DNA from: Squalus acanthias
Taxonomy: Eukaryota
Reading direction: 5' to 3'
DNA length: 64,000 bases
Assembly: GCA_030390025.1 (NCBI GenBank)
Contig: CM059453.1
Coordinates: 7,254,001 to 7,318,000 of the forward strand
The number at the start of each line of letters is the position of its first letter. The stretch's first letter is position 1. A program made the position numbers and the translations under genes. This document shows positions 26,376 through 40,379 of this stretch, one piece after another. The notes below the pieces were generated by a model. The model was not told the DNA's origin and made no database searches. It saw nothing but the letters and a program-made list of their open reading frames with translations.

Positions 26376-27075
26376 AATTAACCCGAACCCCTCGATTAGA
26401 TTCAAGCCTGCAACTCACTCCCGGGTATCTGTTATTCTATATATAAACCCCCCGAACCCCTCGATTAGATTCCAGCCTGTAACTCACTCCCGGGTATTCG
26501 TTATTCTTTTTATAAACCCCTAAACCCCTCGATTAGATTCCAGCCTGTAACTCAATCCCGGGTACCTGTTATTCTATATATAAACCCCCTGAACCCGTCG
26601 ATTCGATTCCAGCCTGTAACTCACTCCCAGGTATCTGTTAATCTATATGTCAACCCCCCGACCCCCTCCATTAGATTCCAGCCCGTAACTCACTTCCGGG
26701 ATTCTGTTATTCTGCATATAAAGTACCCGACATCCTCGATTAGATTCCAGCCTGTAACTCACCCCCGAGTTTCTGTAATTCTGTATATAAACCACCCGCA
26801 CCCCTCGATTAGATTCTAGTCTGTAACTCATTCCCCACTGTCGGTTATTCTATAAATAAACCCTCCCCCCGAACTCCTTGATTGGATTCCAGCCTGTCAC
26901 CTACTTCCGGCTATCTGTTATTCTATATACAAACCTCACTGAAACCCCTCGATTAAAGTTCGGCCTGTAACACACTCCCAGTTATCTGTTATTCTATATA
27001 TAACGCCCCGTAACACTCCATTAGATTCCAGCCTGTAACTCACTCCCAGGTATCTGTTATTCTACATATAAAACA
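26376..27075. repeat. ~68-69-bp tandem satellite
   Basis: About 10 units of ataaaccccccgaacccctcgattagattccagcctgtaactcactcccgggtatctgttattctat. Confidence 0.9.
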
Positions 27076-27323
27076 CCGAAAACAATATATCAGAATCCAA
27101 TCGCGAAGTCATTGTTCGATAAGTGATAATGTACACATAAGCCATTCGAACCTCCGCGTTAGATTTCAGCCTATGACCTATATTAAGTTGTGCTTTTCCC
27201 CATTTATAAACAGTGCAAACTGCTAGATTGAATCCATTAGCCAATATTTTTTTCTGGTATGCGGTCTGCCTTCAACTCTTTTCGATTTCACTGGAATACA
27301 AATTGGAGATAATCTTCAGGAAC

Positions 27324-30300
27324 TGCCAGAGAGCTCACTTATTTAAATCTCAGCAGTATAAATAAGGGAGACTAGAGTGCAGTTTGTCACGGAGTGCAGA
27401 TTTGGAATAGAGTGCTAAGCTACGAGTTTGGTGAGTGAGGGAGTAACTCTTAAAAGTTAATCTCTTATTTTTATAAATTCGAGTCTTGTGTGCTTGCAAT
27501 TAGCATTTAAATTTACTGTTTCAAGTTTTAAGTTTCTTCCAGGCTTGGGCAGGGCTAAGCAAGCTCTGTGCTGGAGAGCAGGTGATAGTAATTAATTAAT
27601 TAACTGGTCTAATTGGGTTCTGTTACTGCCAGAGAACTCACTTATTTAAATCTCAGCAGTATAAATCAGGGAGACTAGAGTGCAGTTTGTCACGGAGTGC
27701 AGATTTGGAATAGAGTGCTAAGCTGCGAGTTTGGTGAGTGAGGGAGTAACTCTTAAGGTTAATCTCTTATTTTTATAAATTCTAGTCTTGTGTGCTTGCA
27801 ATTAGCATTTAAATTTACTGTTTCAAGTTTTAAGTTTCTTCCAGGCTTGGGCAGGGCTAAGCAAGCTCTGTGCTGGAGAGCAGGTGATAGTAATTAATTA
27901 ATTAACTGGTCTAATTGCGTTCTGTCACTGACAGAGAGCTCACTTATTTAAATCTCAGCAGTATAAATAAGGGAGACTTGAGTGCAGTTTGTCACGGAGT
28001 GCAGATTTGGAAAAAAGTGCTAAGCTGCGAGTTTGGTGAGTGAGGGAGTTCGGGGAGGGAAGTGTGCCTTCCTTTTTCCATCTTTGTCAGCTTCCTGGTG
28101 CGGCGGCGGACCTGTGTGAGGCGAGGCTATGCAAAGGGTTTAAAAGGCTCCAGAGACCAGGTAAGGCGGGACCAGTCTCCGAACACGGAGGGAGGGAGAG
28201 AGGTAAAACTAATCGAGGTGTGACGTCACCAGAAAGCAGGTAAGTAATTGGTTGGTGAGTATTTCTCTCTTTTTAAACTTAAACTCTGTGGATTGTAGTT
28301 AATAAGGCCTTTCTGGTGCAGACTGACTGTTGGTAAACCATTTAACTGGTGTAATTTAGAGGGATTGATTTAATTTAAATCCAATTAATTAGAGGGGATA
28401 CTAGCATCTATAATCGGTAAGAGAGTGTCCATAACTAACAGTATTTTTTTTAAAATTAATTACATAGAATGGAGCAGGTCATGTGTTGCTGTTGCGAGAT
28501 GTGGGAGCCGGTGGACCCCATTGAGGCTCACGGTGATTACATCTGTGACAAGTGTCTGCTGCTAAAGGAACTCCAGCTCCGTATTGATGAGCTGGCGTCT
28601 GAGCTTCAGACACTGCGACACATCAGGGTGGGGGAGAAGTACCTGGACTTTGTGTTTCAGGAGGTGGTCACACCTATGAAGTTAATTAATTCAGATGTAG
28701 CCCATGGTCAGGGACATGACGGTGTGACTACCAGTGAGGCAGTTACGGGGATCCAGGAGGTAGTGTTGGAGGAGCCGCAGCACTTGCTCTTGTCCAACAG
28801 GTTCGATGTTCTTACTCCCTGTTGGGACAGGAGCAGGGACTGAAGGGAGGATGAGCAACCTGGTCAAAGCACCGTGGAACGGGGGGCCATTAAAGAGGTG
28901 GGAGTAAATAGAAATGTTGTAGTGGTAGGGGATAGTATTATTAGGGGGATAGTAAGAGTTCTCTGCAGCCGAGAGCGAGAGTCCCGTAGGCTGTGTTGCC
29001 TGCCCGGTGCCAGGGTTAAGGACATCTCCTCTGGGCTGGAAAGAAACTTGCAGTGGGAGGGGGTGGATCCAGTTGTCGTAGTCCATGTTGGTACAAACGA
29101 CGTAGATAGGACAAGGAAGCAGGTTCTGTTAAAGGAGTATGAGCAGCTAGGGGTCAAATTAAAAAACAGAACTTCAAGGGTATTAATCTCTGGATTATTA
29201 CCTGAGCCACGAGCGAATTTGGCTAGGACAAATAAAATTAGAGAGTTAAATGAGTGGCTCAAAGACTGGTGTGGGAGAAATGGGTTTTGCTTCCTGGGAC
29301 ACTGGCACCAGTATTGGGGCAGGAGGGAGCTGTTCCGTTGGGACGGGCTTCACTTGGCCAGTGCTGGGACTAGAGTCCTGGCGGATCATATAACTAGGGC
29401 TGTAGAGAGGGCTTTAAACTAACTAGTGGGGGGGGAGTTTCCTAGAGAGCAAATAATAAAAATGACAACAGAGAAGGTCATAGACTTAGGTATCAGTGGG
29501 GAAATTAAAAACCAGAGTGTGTCAGGAAGGGGCAGAAGGTATGGAGTAAAAGGTAAAGTAATAAAAAGGGCAAAAGCAGGAACTAAGTGTCACAAAACAT
29601 ACTTGAAAGTTCTCTATCTGAATGCACGTAGCATTCGTAACAAAATAGATGAGTTAATGGCACAAATAACTACATATGAGTATGATCTTGTGGCCATTAC
29701 AGAAACATGGCTGCAGGGTGACAATGCCTGGGAATTAAACATACCAGGTTATTTAACGATCAGGAAGGACAGGCAGGAAGGAAGGGGAGGTGGGGTGGCT
29801 ATGTTAATAAAGGAAGGAATCACTGTAATACAGAGAAATGATATTGGGTCAAAATATCAGGATAATGAAACAGTTTGGGTGGAGATAAGGAATAATAAGG
29901 GGAAAAAAACACTAGTGGGCATAGTCTATAGGCCTCCGAACAGTTGCAACTCTGTTGGACGGAGTATCAATCAGGAAATAGTTGAGGCTTGTAATAAGGG
30001 AACATCTTTAATTATGGGGGATTTTAACTATCATATTAATTGGACAAATCAAATTGGGCAGGGCTGCCTTGAAGATGAGTTCATTGAGTGTATTAGGGAT
30101 GGGTTTCTTGAGCAGTATGTAACTGAAATGACCAAGGGGCAAGCAACCTTAGATCTGGTCCTGTGTAACGAGACATGATTAATTAAAAATGTCCTAGTAA
30201 AGGATCCCCTTGGAATGAGTGACCATAACATGGTTGAATTCCATATTCAATTAGAGGGTGAGAAGGTTGGATCTCAAACAAGCGTGCTAAGCTCCAATAA

Positions 30301-32645
30301 AGGAGACTATGAAGGTATGCGAGCAGAATTGAGTAGAGTGGATTGGGAAAATAGATTAAAGGGTAAAACGATACATGATCAGTGGTGTACATTTAAGGAG
30401 TTATTTTACAACTTCCAGAAAATGTATATTCCACTGAGAAGAAAAGGGTGTAAAAGAAAAGACAGTCATCCATGGCTAAGTAAAGAAATTAAGGATAATA
30501 TTCAACTAAAAACAAGGGCTTATAAGGTAGCAAAATCTAGTGGGAGGATAGAGGATTTGGAAAACTTTAAAAGACAGCAAAAAATAACAAAAAGATTGAT
30601 TAAGAAAGGGAAGATAGATTATGAAAGTAAATTAGCAAAAAATATAAAAACAGATAGTAAGAGTTTTTATAGTTATATAAAAAGAAAAAGGGTGGCTAAA
30701 GTAAATGTTGGTCCATAGAGGATGAGACCGGGAAATTAATGGTGGGAAATATGGAGATGGCAAATACACTGAATGAATATTTTGTATCAGTCTTTACAGT
30801 AGAGGACACTAAGAATATCCCAACACTGGACAAACAGGGGGCTATAGGGGGGGAGGAGCTAAACACGATCAAAATCAGTAAGGAAGTGGTACTTGGTAAA
30901 ATAATGGGACTCAAGGTGGATAAATCACCTGGACCTGATGGCTTACATCCGAGGGTCCTGAGGGAAGTGGCGGTAGGGATTGTGGATGCATTGGTAATAA
31001 TTTTCCAAAACTCCCTGGACTCAGCAAAGATCCCGGCAGACTGGAAAACTGCTAATGTAACACCCTTATTTAAAAAGGGCAGTAGACAGAAGGCTGGAAA
31101 CTATAGACCGGTTAGCCTAACATCTGTGGTAGGTAAAATTTTGGAGTCCATTATTAAGGAGACAGTAACGGGACATTTGGATAATCATAATTTAATAGGA
31201 CAAAGTCAGCATGGTTTTATGAAGGGGAAGTCATGTTTGACAAATTTGCTGGTGTTCTTTGAGGAAGTAACACACAGGGTGGATAAAGGGGAACCAGTGG
31301 ATGTGGTGTATTTAGACTTCCAAAAGGCATTTGACAAGGTGCCACACAAAATATTATTGCTTAAGATAAAAAATCAAGGGATTGAGGGTAATATTCTGGC
31401 ATGGATAGAGGATTGGCTATCTAACAGAAGGCAGAGAGTTGGGATAAATGGTTCATTCTCAGACTGGCAAACAGTAACTAGTGGTGTTCCGCAGGGGTCA
31501 GTGCTGGGTCCCCAACTCTTTACAATCTATATTAACGATTTGGAGGAGGGGACCGAGAGTAACATATCAAAGATTGCAGATGATATTAAGATGGGAGGGA
31601 AAGTAGTGAGTGAGGAGGACATTAAAAAGCTGCAAGGGGACATAGACAGGCTAAGTAAGTGGGCAGAGATTTGGCAGATGGAATACAATACTGCAAAGTG
31701 TGAGGTTTTGCACTTTGGCAGGAAAAATAGTAGAGCAAGTTATTATCTAAATGGAAAGAAACTGGGAAGTACTGAAGTACAAAGGGATCTGGGGGTCCTG
31801 GTGCACGAAACTCAAAAGTTTATTATGCAGGTGCAGCAAGTGATTAAGAAGGCCAATGGAATGTTGGTTTTCATTGCTAAGGGGATAGAATATAAAAATA
31901 GGGAGGTATTGCTTCAGTTGTACAAGGTATTGGTGAGACCGCACCTGGAATACTGCATGCAGTTTTGATGTCCATACTTAAGAAAAGACATACCTGCTCT
32001 CGAGTCAGTAGAAAGAAGGTTCACTCGGTTAATCCCGGGGATGAGGGGATGGACATATCAGGAGAGGTTGGGTATATTGGGACTGTACTCATTGGAGTTC
32101 AGAAGAATGAGAGGCGATCTTATTGAAACATATAAGATTGTGAAGGGGTTGGATCGGGTGGATGCGGGGAGGATGTTCCCGATGATGGGTGAAACTAGAA
32201 CTAGGGGGCATAGTCTTAGAATAAGGGGCTGCTCTTTCAAAACTGAGATGAGAAGGAACTATTTCACTCAGAGGGTGTTAGGTCCATGGAATATGCTGCC
32301 CCAAAAAGCTGTAGAAGCTACATCATTACATAAATTTAAAACAGAAATAGACAGTTTCCTAGAAGTAAAGGGAATTAAGGGTTACGGGGAGCGGGCAGGA
32401 ATTTGGACATGAGTCTAGGTTCGGATCGGTCATGGCCCTGTGGGTAGCGTAGCGGGCCCAGGGGCCGTGTAGGCCGATCCTGCTCCTATTTCGTGTGTCC
32501 AATTCTGTTAGGTTCAGGAGATGGTTCTGTGATAGTAGATTGGAGGTGAGGATCAGATCAGCCATTATCTTATTGAATGGCGGAGCAGGCTCGAGGGGCC
32601 AATTGGCCTACTCCTGCTCCTATTTCTTATGTTCTTATGTTCTAA
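27324..32645 (+). mobile_element. Near-full-length, relatively young CR1-clade LINE
   Basis: 5'UTR with ~302-bp tandem monomers. ORF1 28469-29422 has one stop, a CxxC finger and SGNH/GDSL esterase motifs (GDS..GTND..DGLH). ORF2 29426-32412 (EN+RT) has two in-frame stops and one frameshift near 30716. (ttcttatg)n tail. Possible short TSD caggaac. Confidence 0.95.
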
Positions 32646-34300
32646 TGTGCAGGAACCATTGCAGGTGCCAATGCACTCATCACATGGTGCATCTCTTGTC
32701 TCAGTTACGTTTACATCAGTCGCAGTTCAACAGCTCTTCTGCAGAAGTTTGACGTTTAAATAGTTTCACGCCTTTGTCGCTTCACTATGAATTGCTGTCA
32801 GTTTAACGATGAATTAAAGATGACCCATTTTGATATATGTCCCATTCCCTAACCATGGCGCTGCTCAAACTCTCCATTAGAACTCTTATAGCTATCAGCA
32901 TAAAGAGATCCCATCGCATTTCACTGAGTTAGTTTTCAATTGGTGAAGGTAGACGATGTAAAAATTCGCTGTCTCAGTTTGCACTCCCAGTGTCCTTTAG
33001 CCACAATATTGTATATTGGCCCGGAATTTGTCGTTGGTGTTGCGGGGTTTGTTAAGGTGCAATTCCTCCTTTTAAATCCACCGCAAGTTCGGGATTTCTG
33101 CTAGCGCTTTCTGGATCTTGCGTAGGTGTTGACAGGCCAGCCGCTAGGACCAAGAGAAAGCAATTGTTGGCCAGAAATTGAACACGGAAATTTTACGATT
33201 GATGCGAACATGCGAAGAGCATGTTTGCATCTGCGTAAGGGAATTTTGCAGGCATGATTGAAACATTTTAATACCGTAAATTATACACATACACTGCATA
33301 AAATGAGTTTCCGCAAATATTGGCCCAGTTTTGGTTTTAAAGATAATGAAAATAATTATGAAAAAAATACTTTTTTACTGAGGTTGTTGGAATGATGCTA
33401 ATTACGATCTAAATTCCAATTCTGTAAATTGTAATTTGATTCGTTTCGGCATTATATTGCATCGCATTACGGGTTTCACTTCGGAAATGATTAAAATCTA
33501 ATTCTGCTTTGTGATTGAAGGACCAGGCCCACGTGACCCCGGGTACACTTCCGCACCGCCTGCGTCCCTGGATTCTTAAACCCTTTCACTGGCCTCCGCC
33601 TCCCATCGTCAGACAGCAAGTTTACGGAACCTCGCCGCAATCAGTTAGGTGCATAACTTTTTCACCGGTCGGAGGCGTACGCTGGATGAAAAGCTCCCAG
33701 CGCAATTTTTTTCCCATTAGAACCAGTCTTTTCCTGAATTAAAACTATTAATAATAATCGGCAATATCCGCATTAGTTTATTGCTTGCTCTGCATTTCCA
33801 ACATGCAGCAGTCCAGGGATTCATGAAACATTTAAATAAAAACCGATGTTCTCAAAGATTCATTCAAGGGACACAGTTGGAATTCTCCTCTTTCTTTAAC
33901 CGAGGATTTTTTGCATGACAAGAAATGGAAAATTTACCGCCTTTAAATTATATTGTTCGACCATGTACAAGTACAGGAGTGGTTTTAAATGTCGGGGTTT
34001 GATAGTTGTGCACGGATAATTTACTAGCCTCAGATTAATCCTCTGTGATAATAACTTACGAATGTTAAACACATACACAACTTGAATAGCATTCTGAGAA
34101 TCGGTGCTTGGGAGAAACTATTGTTGAGATGTCATTGTGTCAGAATACCGTTGGAATTCTTAACAGCACATTCAAAAGTCATCGGTGTAGATTATTAACA
34201 TGAGCTCGGCCGTTGTATTTGGAATGTCCATTAGTATTAAACAAATTAACGCGGAATCCACAGCTCCACTTTTGTGCCGTGGGTGTAATTGATGATACAG

Positions 34301-34539
34301 NNNNNNNNNNNNNNNNNNNNNNNNNNNNNNNNNNNNNNNNNNNNNNNNNNNNNNNNNNNNNNNNNNNNNNNNNNNNNNNNNNNNNNNNNNNNNNNNNNNN
34401 NNNNNNNNNNNNNNNNNNNNNNNNNNNNNNNNNNNNNNNNNNNNNNNNNNNNNNNNNNNNNNNNNNNNNNNNNNNNNNNNNNNNNNNNNNNNNNNNNNNN
34501 NNNNNNNNNNNNNNNNNNNNNNNNNNNNNNNNNNNNNNN
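34301..34539. other. Assembly gap (239 N)
   Basis: Run of N. Confidence 1.
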
Positions 34540-36017
34540 ACTTCCTCCTTATAGTGGGAGACCTTTGTTCAATTCTCCGAATTTTCCGGCAAGGAGTCGG
34601 TGGCCGAATGGTCTCCTTCTTTGCCGTTATGACTATCTATTTTTCTATCTGTCTATCTAACTATCTATCTATCGATCTATTGTTCTATCATCGGCTGTCT
34701 TTCTGGTTTACTTCTATATTGCAAGATAATTTTCGTTCCTAAAAAAAAGTTTTATTTTAAAGTCAAACAATGCATCTTTATGGGGAAGTAAGAGGAAAGG
34801 AGGATAGGAACGTGAGGGAAAGGAGCACGGGGAAGCAAGCTGCGAGAGAGGGAGCTCTGACTTTACCCTTGTGAAAAACTATTCTAGTGAACGGACGATT
34901 AAGAAAGGAGCAAGTGGAAGTTGACAGATTATGGGGAATTCTAGTAGTGTGGCGATTATAGAAAAGTGAGGGAGTAGTGTGAATGTGACGGGGTAGGCGA
35001 TGTGATTGGATTGAAGAGATTGGGGAAGCATAAATGATTGGGGAACAGATGGGAAGGGAATTCTTGTCGCCGTATTTTACCTGAATTTGTCAGGAGAAAT
35101 TCAAAATACAGGCATTGGTGACTCCTTTCCGCAACCGGACCATGCAATACCAATGACACTGAAAGGACATAAGAAAGTTACAGAAATTTCGAGAATCAGA
35201 CGGGGCGAGATAGCAGTGGAAAGAGTTAATGGGTGAGAAGCACAAGAGATCAGAGAACGAGTGAACGAGCGAGTGAGAGTAGCGAAAGAGGAGATAGAGG
35301 AAGCAAACTCGCAATGAGAAGTCCTCAGAGAAACGTAATGTAGACCACACTGTCTGACCTGCCACGCGTCGAGAGACTGGGAATATCCAATCAGAAAATA
35401 TTTCAAAAATGCATCTGATGCAATTACAGTCAACATTTCCTACCATAAGTTCCTGTGGGCTCAATTCAAATGGAAACGGTCCGTATGAACTGAGGAAACT
35501 GTAGTTACACCCTTCGCAATTTCACCTGGGTGCATGGCCAGCTATTTGGGCGGAGACGGATTGGAGCCAATTAAAGCGTCAAAAGTAGCAGAAAGTCATG
35601 TGTTGTCGTGAGTGAGCGGAAAACAGATTGACAGGTGCTGAGATTTTTTTTTTTGCCCAGATGGCCAATCAGGGTTAAAATCAAATACGTCCGAATACAT
35701 GATGGGCTAGAAATACGCCTCCGACCTGCCAAACAATTACGAAATTACCTACTGGAGAGAGGTTGCGAAAAGTTGCAGTCCCAGGCCTCGTGGCGGAGGG
35801 CAGTTTAATTGCACACAGATCGCCAAGGGCACAGGCGGTGCGGTAGCATACTTGGGATCACATGGTCCTGGTCCTCCAATGAAAAAAGAGAACTCCATTG
35901 CAGTCAATTACGAAGGGAATTCCATATTGACATGCAATGGAATCCTAAATGTGAAACGTACACAATTAACAGAATTGGAATTTTATTCATAATTACTCTC
36001 ATTCCACCAAATTCAAT

Positions 36018-36769
36018 GGGCCAGAATTTATGCTGTCTTTGACGGCATACGCTCAGCCGATGACATCCTAATCCTTCAGTTTGCACACAGCAAATTCTGA
36101 TTCTACAAATGTGTTGCGCATGCGCGCAAACGCGGAACTTGCGATCTTTCGCCTGGACAGATCTGAACAACCGACAGATAAATCACATTCGCTGGCGCAC
36201 AATTCAGCTATTTGCCCAACTACTGCCCAGCAATTGCCCACGAAGCACTGATGGTTGGTAAACGCAGGCGCAGGGCCTGCTTTCACTTGCGAAACTGTTA
36301 AAATAAATCTTGATTTAAAAATGTAAAAATAATAAAAAGATACACAGACACTTAAAATTCGTTTGTGCAAATATTGGCCCGGCTTAAAATGTTTACAATT
36401 ATTTTTCTAAAAAAGATTTCTTTATTTTGTTTGGTGTGATGGAGTGACTTTTAATTAAATTTGAAAAAGAGATCATTTATATTTATTAGAGTTGTCTGAA
36501 TTGTATAATTATTTGTGGATTCCCTTGCTTATCATGAGCGGATTCCCTTCGTAAATGACTGCAATGGAATCCGCTATTCTCATTTGAGGACCCGGCCTAC
36601 GCGATCCCATGGACACGTCCCTGGGATCCAGGAGACTTTAGCAGGCGTACGCCGCGAGGCCCAGGATCCGAATTCTCTGTCGATGTGGAGCCAATGGGTA
36701 AGTTCAGAAATGTTTCACAGGTGAGAGTTGCACTCCAGAAGTACGCCTCAAACCGCAAATTCAGGGCTC
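36018..36769. mobile_element. MITE-like element
   Basis: Imperfect TIRs gggccagaattt / aaattcagggctc. Internal segments resemble the 41236 element. Related copies near 33020-33700 and 37200-37917. Confidence 0.5.
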
Positions 36770-38280
36770 ATAAAAAAATATTAGTGTGATAATAATTTCA
36801 TACATCTTCAAAACTTGTATCAGGCAAGTATTTGCATAAACACTTTTAATACAGTGTATGTGCAAACAATTTGGATTTTTAAATGTTTTATTTAAGCCTT
36901 AGATATGTCCTTACGTTGATGTAAACAGGCTCTTTGCTTCCATCAATCTTAAGACGTACATGAGCAATTGCTGGGCAGTCGCTGGGCAAATAGCCAGACC
37001 CAGCGCCAACGATTGCTTCATACTTATTTGACAGGTCGCAAGTTCCAGAAATCTGGAATTACAGCGCATCTCAAATGGATTACGACGGCATACTCTGCCA
37101 TCTCAGACACCGCAATTTCAGGGTTGACAACTTAAAATTATTTGGATCTCTCGCCAGAACTCGTCTGTGCGCATAATTATGGATCTCTTTAAATTAGCAC
37201 CTGATTTTTAGGCGGCGAATTTTGCGACACCTACTGGTGCGTACGAGATATGTACGCAACTGTAGGGGCATGCGAAGCGAATGCGATAATACCCGGCACT
37301 TGCGATCTCTCAAGAATCTTCTTGACAGATCCTCTGCATCGCCGGGAGATGGGCCTCTGCGGGTTGAGAGTTGCGCTTTTTGCACAACTTACGCCCGCTG
37401 AAAGGCCATAGAATTCTTAAGGGTTTAAAATAACGTTTAAATTTTTTTTTCAAATCATTTAAACATTAAAAAAGCGTTGCAGTCATGTAAGGTTATTTTA
37501 GCTGCTTTAAAACATTTACAGTTATTTTTCAAAAAGTTAAATTTTTGTTTGAAATATTTAATAAAATGCTATTTTAATTAATTTTACATTTGTAATGGTT
37601 TTTCTGTATTTATTTCAGTGTGTTGGTGTATTTTTGTACTCATCCCCATTCATACTTTTGACTGTTCTGTGCAGACGGGACATTCAAAAGGATGAAGGGG
37701 GATTCCTTTCTTCCATTTGTTCGCCCGGCTCACGTGATCCAAGGGGCGCTTGCTAAGCACATTCGCCCCTGGGATACGTGGGCCCCCGCGCATTTCGAAG
37801 AGGAGAGACCCAGGATCGCAAGCCTCGGTATCTACGGAACCAGCAGGTAAGTTGGTCGATTTATTTCAGATCGGAGTCATCCGCCCGCAGCAAGTCTCCG
37901 AACGGAAATTCAGGGCCATTGTCTCTGGTGTTTCATTGCAAGCTTTTTTGACAACCTGGTCCCCGGTTGCGAGGGTTCATACTGTGGGCCAATGGATTTC
38001 AATAGATTAACAGACAGAGACGATCTTAGAAATGTTTTGAAAATTGTTATTTTCAAAAGATAAACAGAAAAAATTGAAAAATCCACACTCTCAAACCTAT
38101 TCCAATGAACTCGACTTTGGGAACGTAAATCAAAACATGCGACCGGTTTTCTGAACGACCACCATTCTCATAGTCCTTGTTGCACTGCAAAGGTGTTTGA
38201 TTTACATTATGTCATCAGGTGTTTTAAAGTATTGTCAGTCTCAAGACCATCCGCGCTGACGGTATAACTCCTGTTAACTT

Positions 38281-38448
38281 TCAGTTCTGTTTAATTGCTG
38301 CATATTCGCAGGTCTCCTCATTTTGAATATATTGATCATGTTTGCGGAAGTTGGAGAAATTGAAGGTCGCGTACACAATCTCGTCATTCTGAGCTGGTTT
38401 AGTCGATTTTGCGGTGCCACGACCAGCCGCTGTAAACTGATGGTCCCT
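38281..38448 (-). CDS. Siglec-like gene A2, terminal cytoplasmic exon (…EIVYATFNF…TCEYAAIKQN*)
   Basis: ttccgttacag acceptor, 168 nt open to TGA. ITIM-like plus ITSM-like Tyr motifs as in Siglec tails. Same length as, and homologous to, B1 exon 16450-16617. Confidence 0.8.
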   Translation of the reverse strand, partial: RDHQFTAAGRGTAKSTKPAQNDEIVYATFNFSNFRKHDQYIQNEETCEYAAIKQN

Positions 38449-38779
38449 CTGTAACGGAAGGTATTTGTGTTAGATGTGGAGTTATTGCAGATATGGAGCA
38501 GAATGCGTTGGGAGTGTACTGTCTGCAACAGAACAAATCTCACTATTTTATCCCTGGTAAGTTGTCTGAAGGCGCTGATTCATGAAATGAGCGTTGTTAA
38601 GTCTTGATGCAAGAAATAAAGAACTGGCAATTGTATATCCGGACGAATCGATAAGGCTTGGGTGTGCGACTAAATTGGGAACCTGTTTCAAACAGCACAG
38701 GTACTACGGGCGGAAATGTCGCTTTCTGTGCTGTAAATATCTGATTCTAAGGCGTAGAAATAGCATATTTGATCCGGGC

Positions 38780-39410
38780 TTTTATAAATTGAGGTACAGA
38801 TTATGAAAACAAGTTAGATACGCTGAACATTTATACATCAGTGGTTATGCCTCGCCTGGAATATTGCGTCCAATTCTTGCATAACTCTGTCAAAAGGATG
38901 TCAATGCTTTAGAGAGCGTACAGTGCAAATTTAATAGAATAGAGTAGAAATGAGAGAATGCACTTAAACGGACAGTCTAGGGAAACTGGAGTTGTTCCCC
39001 TTTGTGTAGAGAATGATAAAAGGGAGATTAGATATTGTTGATCCAAATTCTGCAGAATTTTGATACAGTAAATAAGGAGAGATTGATTCCACTGGCATGA
39101 GTTTTGCTAACCAGATAACACAGATTGAAGATATTTGGGTCAAGAACAAAATGAGAGGTGAAAAGATTATTCTTTTCAACTCAGCGAGTTGTTGTGATCT
39201 GGAATGCACTTCTGAAAGGGCGGTGGCAGCAGATTCAATCGTGACTTTCAAAAGGAAATTGGATATATGCGTGAACATGAAAAAACATCCAATCAGGGCT
39301 TAGGGTAAAAAGCACTTTCGTGTGACTAATTATTTAGCTCTTTCAAACAGCCAGCACAGGCACCGTGGGCTGAATGGCCACCTTCTGGGGTGTATGATTC
39401 TATGATTATT
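38780..39410 (+). mobile_element. Degenerate CR1 3' fragment
   Basis: PRLEYCVQF-like sequence and a 3' tail ending tatgattctatgatt. Confidence 0.7.
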
Positions 39411-40192
39411 AAGACCGAAGCGCTGCTATGCAAATAATAACTTTTGAATTCCTGCCGCTGTTGTTGGAAAAATGCAGCAACCAGTTAATGGGATGAATGG
39501 CGAATTAATCAGTATTAGCTGGTGTTCATTGAGGGAGAAATGTTAGCAAGGGCACTGGGAAAACTTGCATTCGTCCCCACAGTAGGACCATATGATCGTT
39601 TCCCTCCATAGCAAGAAACAAACGGGGCCTCGTTTAATATCTAATCGAAAGGACGGGTCTTCCGGCAATGCTGCACACCTTCAGTGCTGAAATGAAGTTT
39701 CAGCCCAGATTATAGGTTCAAATGCTGGAGCGAAGGTTGAAGCCACAACCTTCTTTCCCAAAGGTGGGGAACATGGGGCCCACATCGGCAGCAAGATGCA
39801 ACTCGGAGATACACATAAACCTGAGGAATGGCAAGGATTAGCCCCTCTTGGATCGCTGACACTTTGTGATCTTGTTGGGCATTTAACTGATCAGACCGAA
39901 TTGGAAGAGCTAAGACGACATTGGAAGCACATTCTTACATGAAGAATTTGTTTTTTGACGGAACGCCAAGGTGAGAAATACTCCCTAATTGGATTTATTA
40001 GGTAACTACATGTAGAGTCTGTAGCTATGTTGCACTTTTGCGACGTGAGGCGGTTAATCCACCCTTAATTGTAAACAAGTTTCTGATACTCCAGTTTATC
40101 TGTTGGGTATTGCCCGTTATGAGTCATTGCTGGTGGAAAGCACACCAAACATCCTTCAATTGTCAGCCCAACATGGCATCACTTCCGTCAGC

Positions 40193-40274
40193 CTTTTCTG
40201 CATACTGCACCCGACTGTAAATCACCAAATCATCGTGTGCTTCGGAGACACGTGCAGCTTCTCCGTGTTTCTTC
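40193..40274 (-). CDS. Siglec-like gene A2, cytoplasmic exon 1 with ITIM (RKKHGEAARVSEAHDDLVIYSRVQYAEK)
   Basis: Acceptor ctaattattcag|G matches the phase-2 TM donor. VIYSRV at 40225-40208. Donor uncertain (AAG|GCTGAC); read-through would stop at 40165-40163. Confidence 0.7.
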
Positions 40275-40379
40275 CTGAATAATTAGAAATACAAACGAGG
40301 CACTTCTCTTAATTAACTGGAATGTTTAGTGAAAGCGCACTGCGCCTGCGCGATGAAGGACGTCAGGACGTCAGGAAAG

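Noticed and set aside
26376-27075. CRISPR-like periodicity in the tandem arrays
   Set aside because: The units are contiguous with no unique spacers, there are no cas genes, and the context is eukaryotic.
34213-34660. ORFs containing X runs
   Set aside because: Artefacts of the N gap.
38312-38556. Plus-strand exon-like segment with AG/GT ends
   Set aside because: Stops occur in all frames, and it overlaps the A2 terminal exon antisense.
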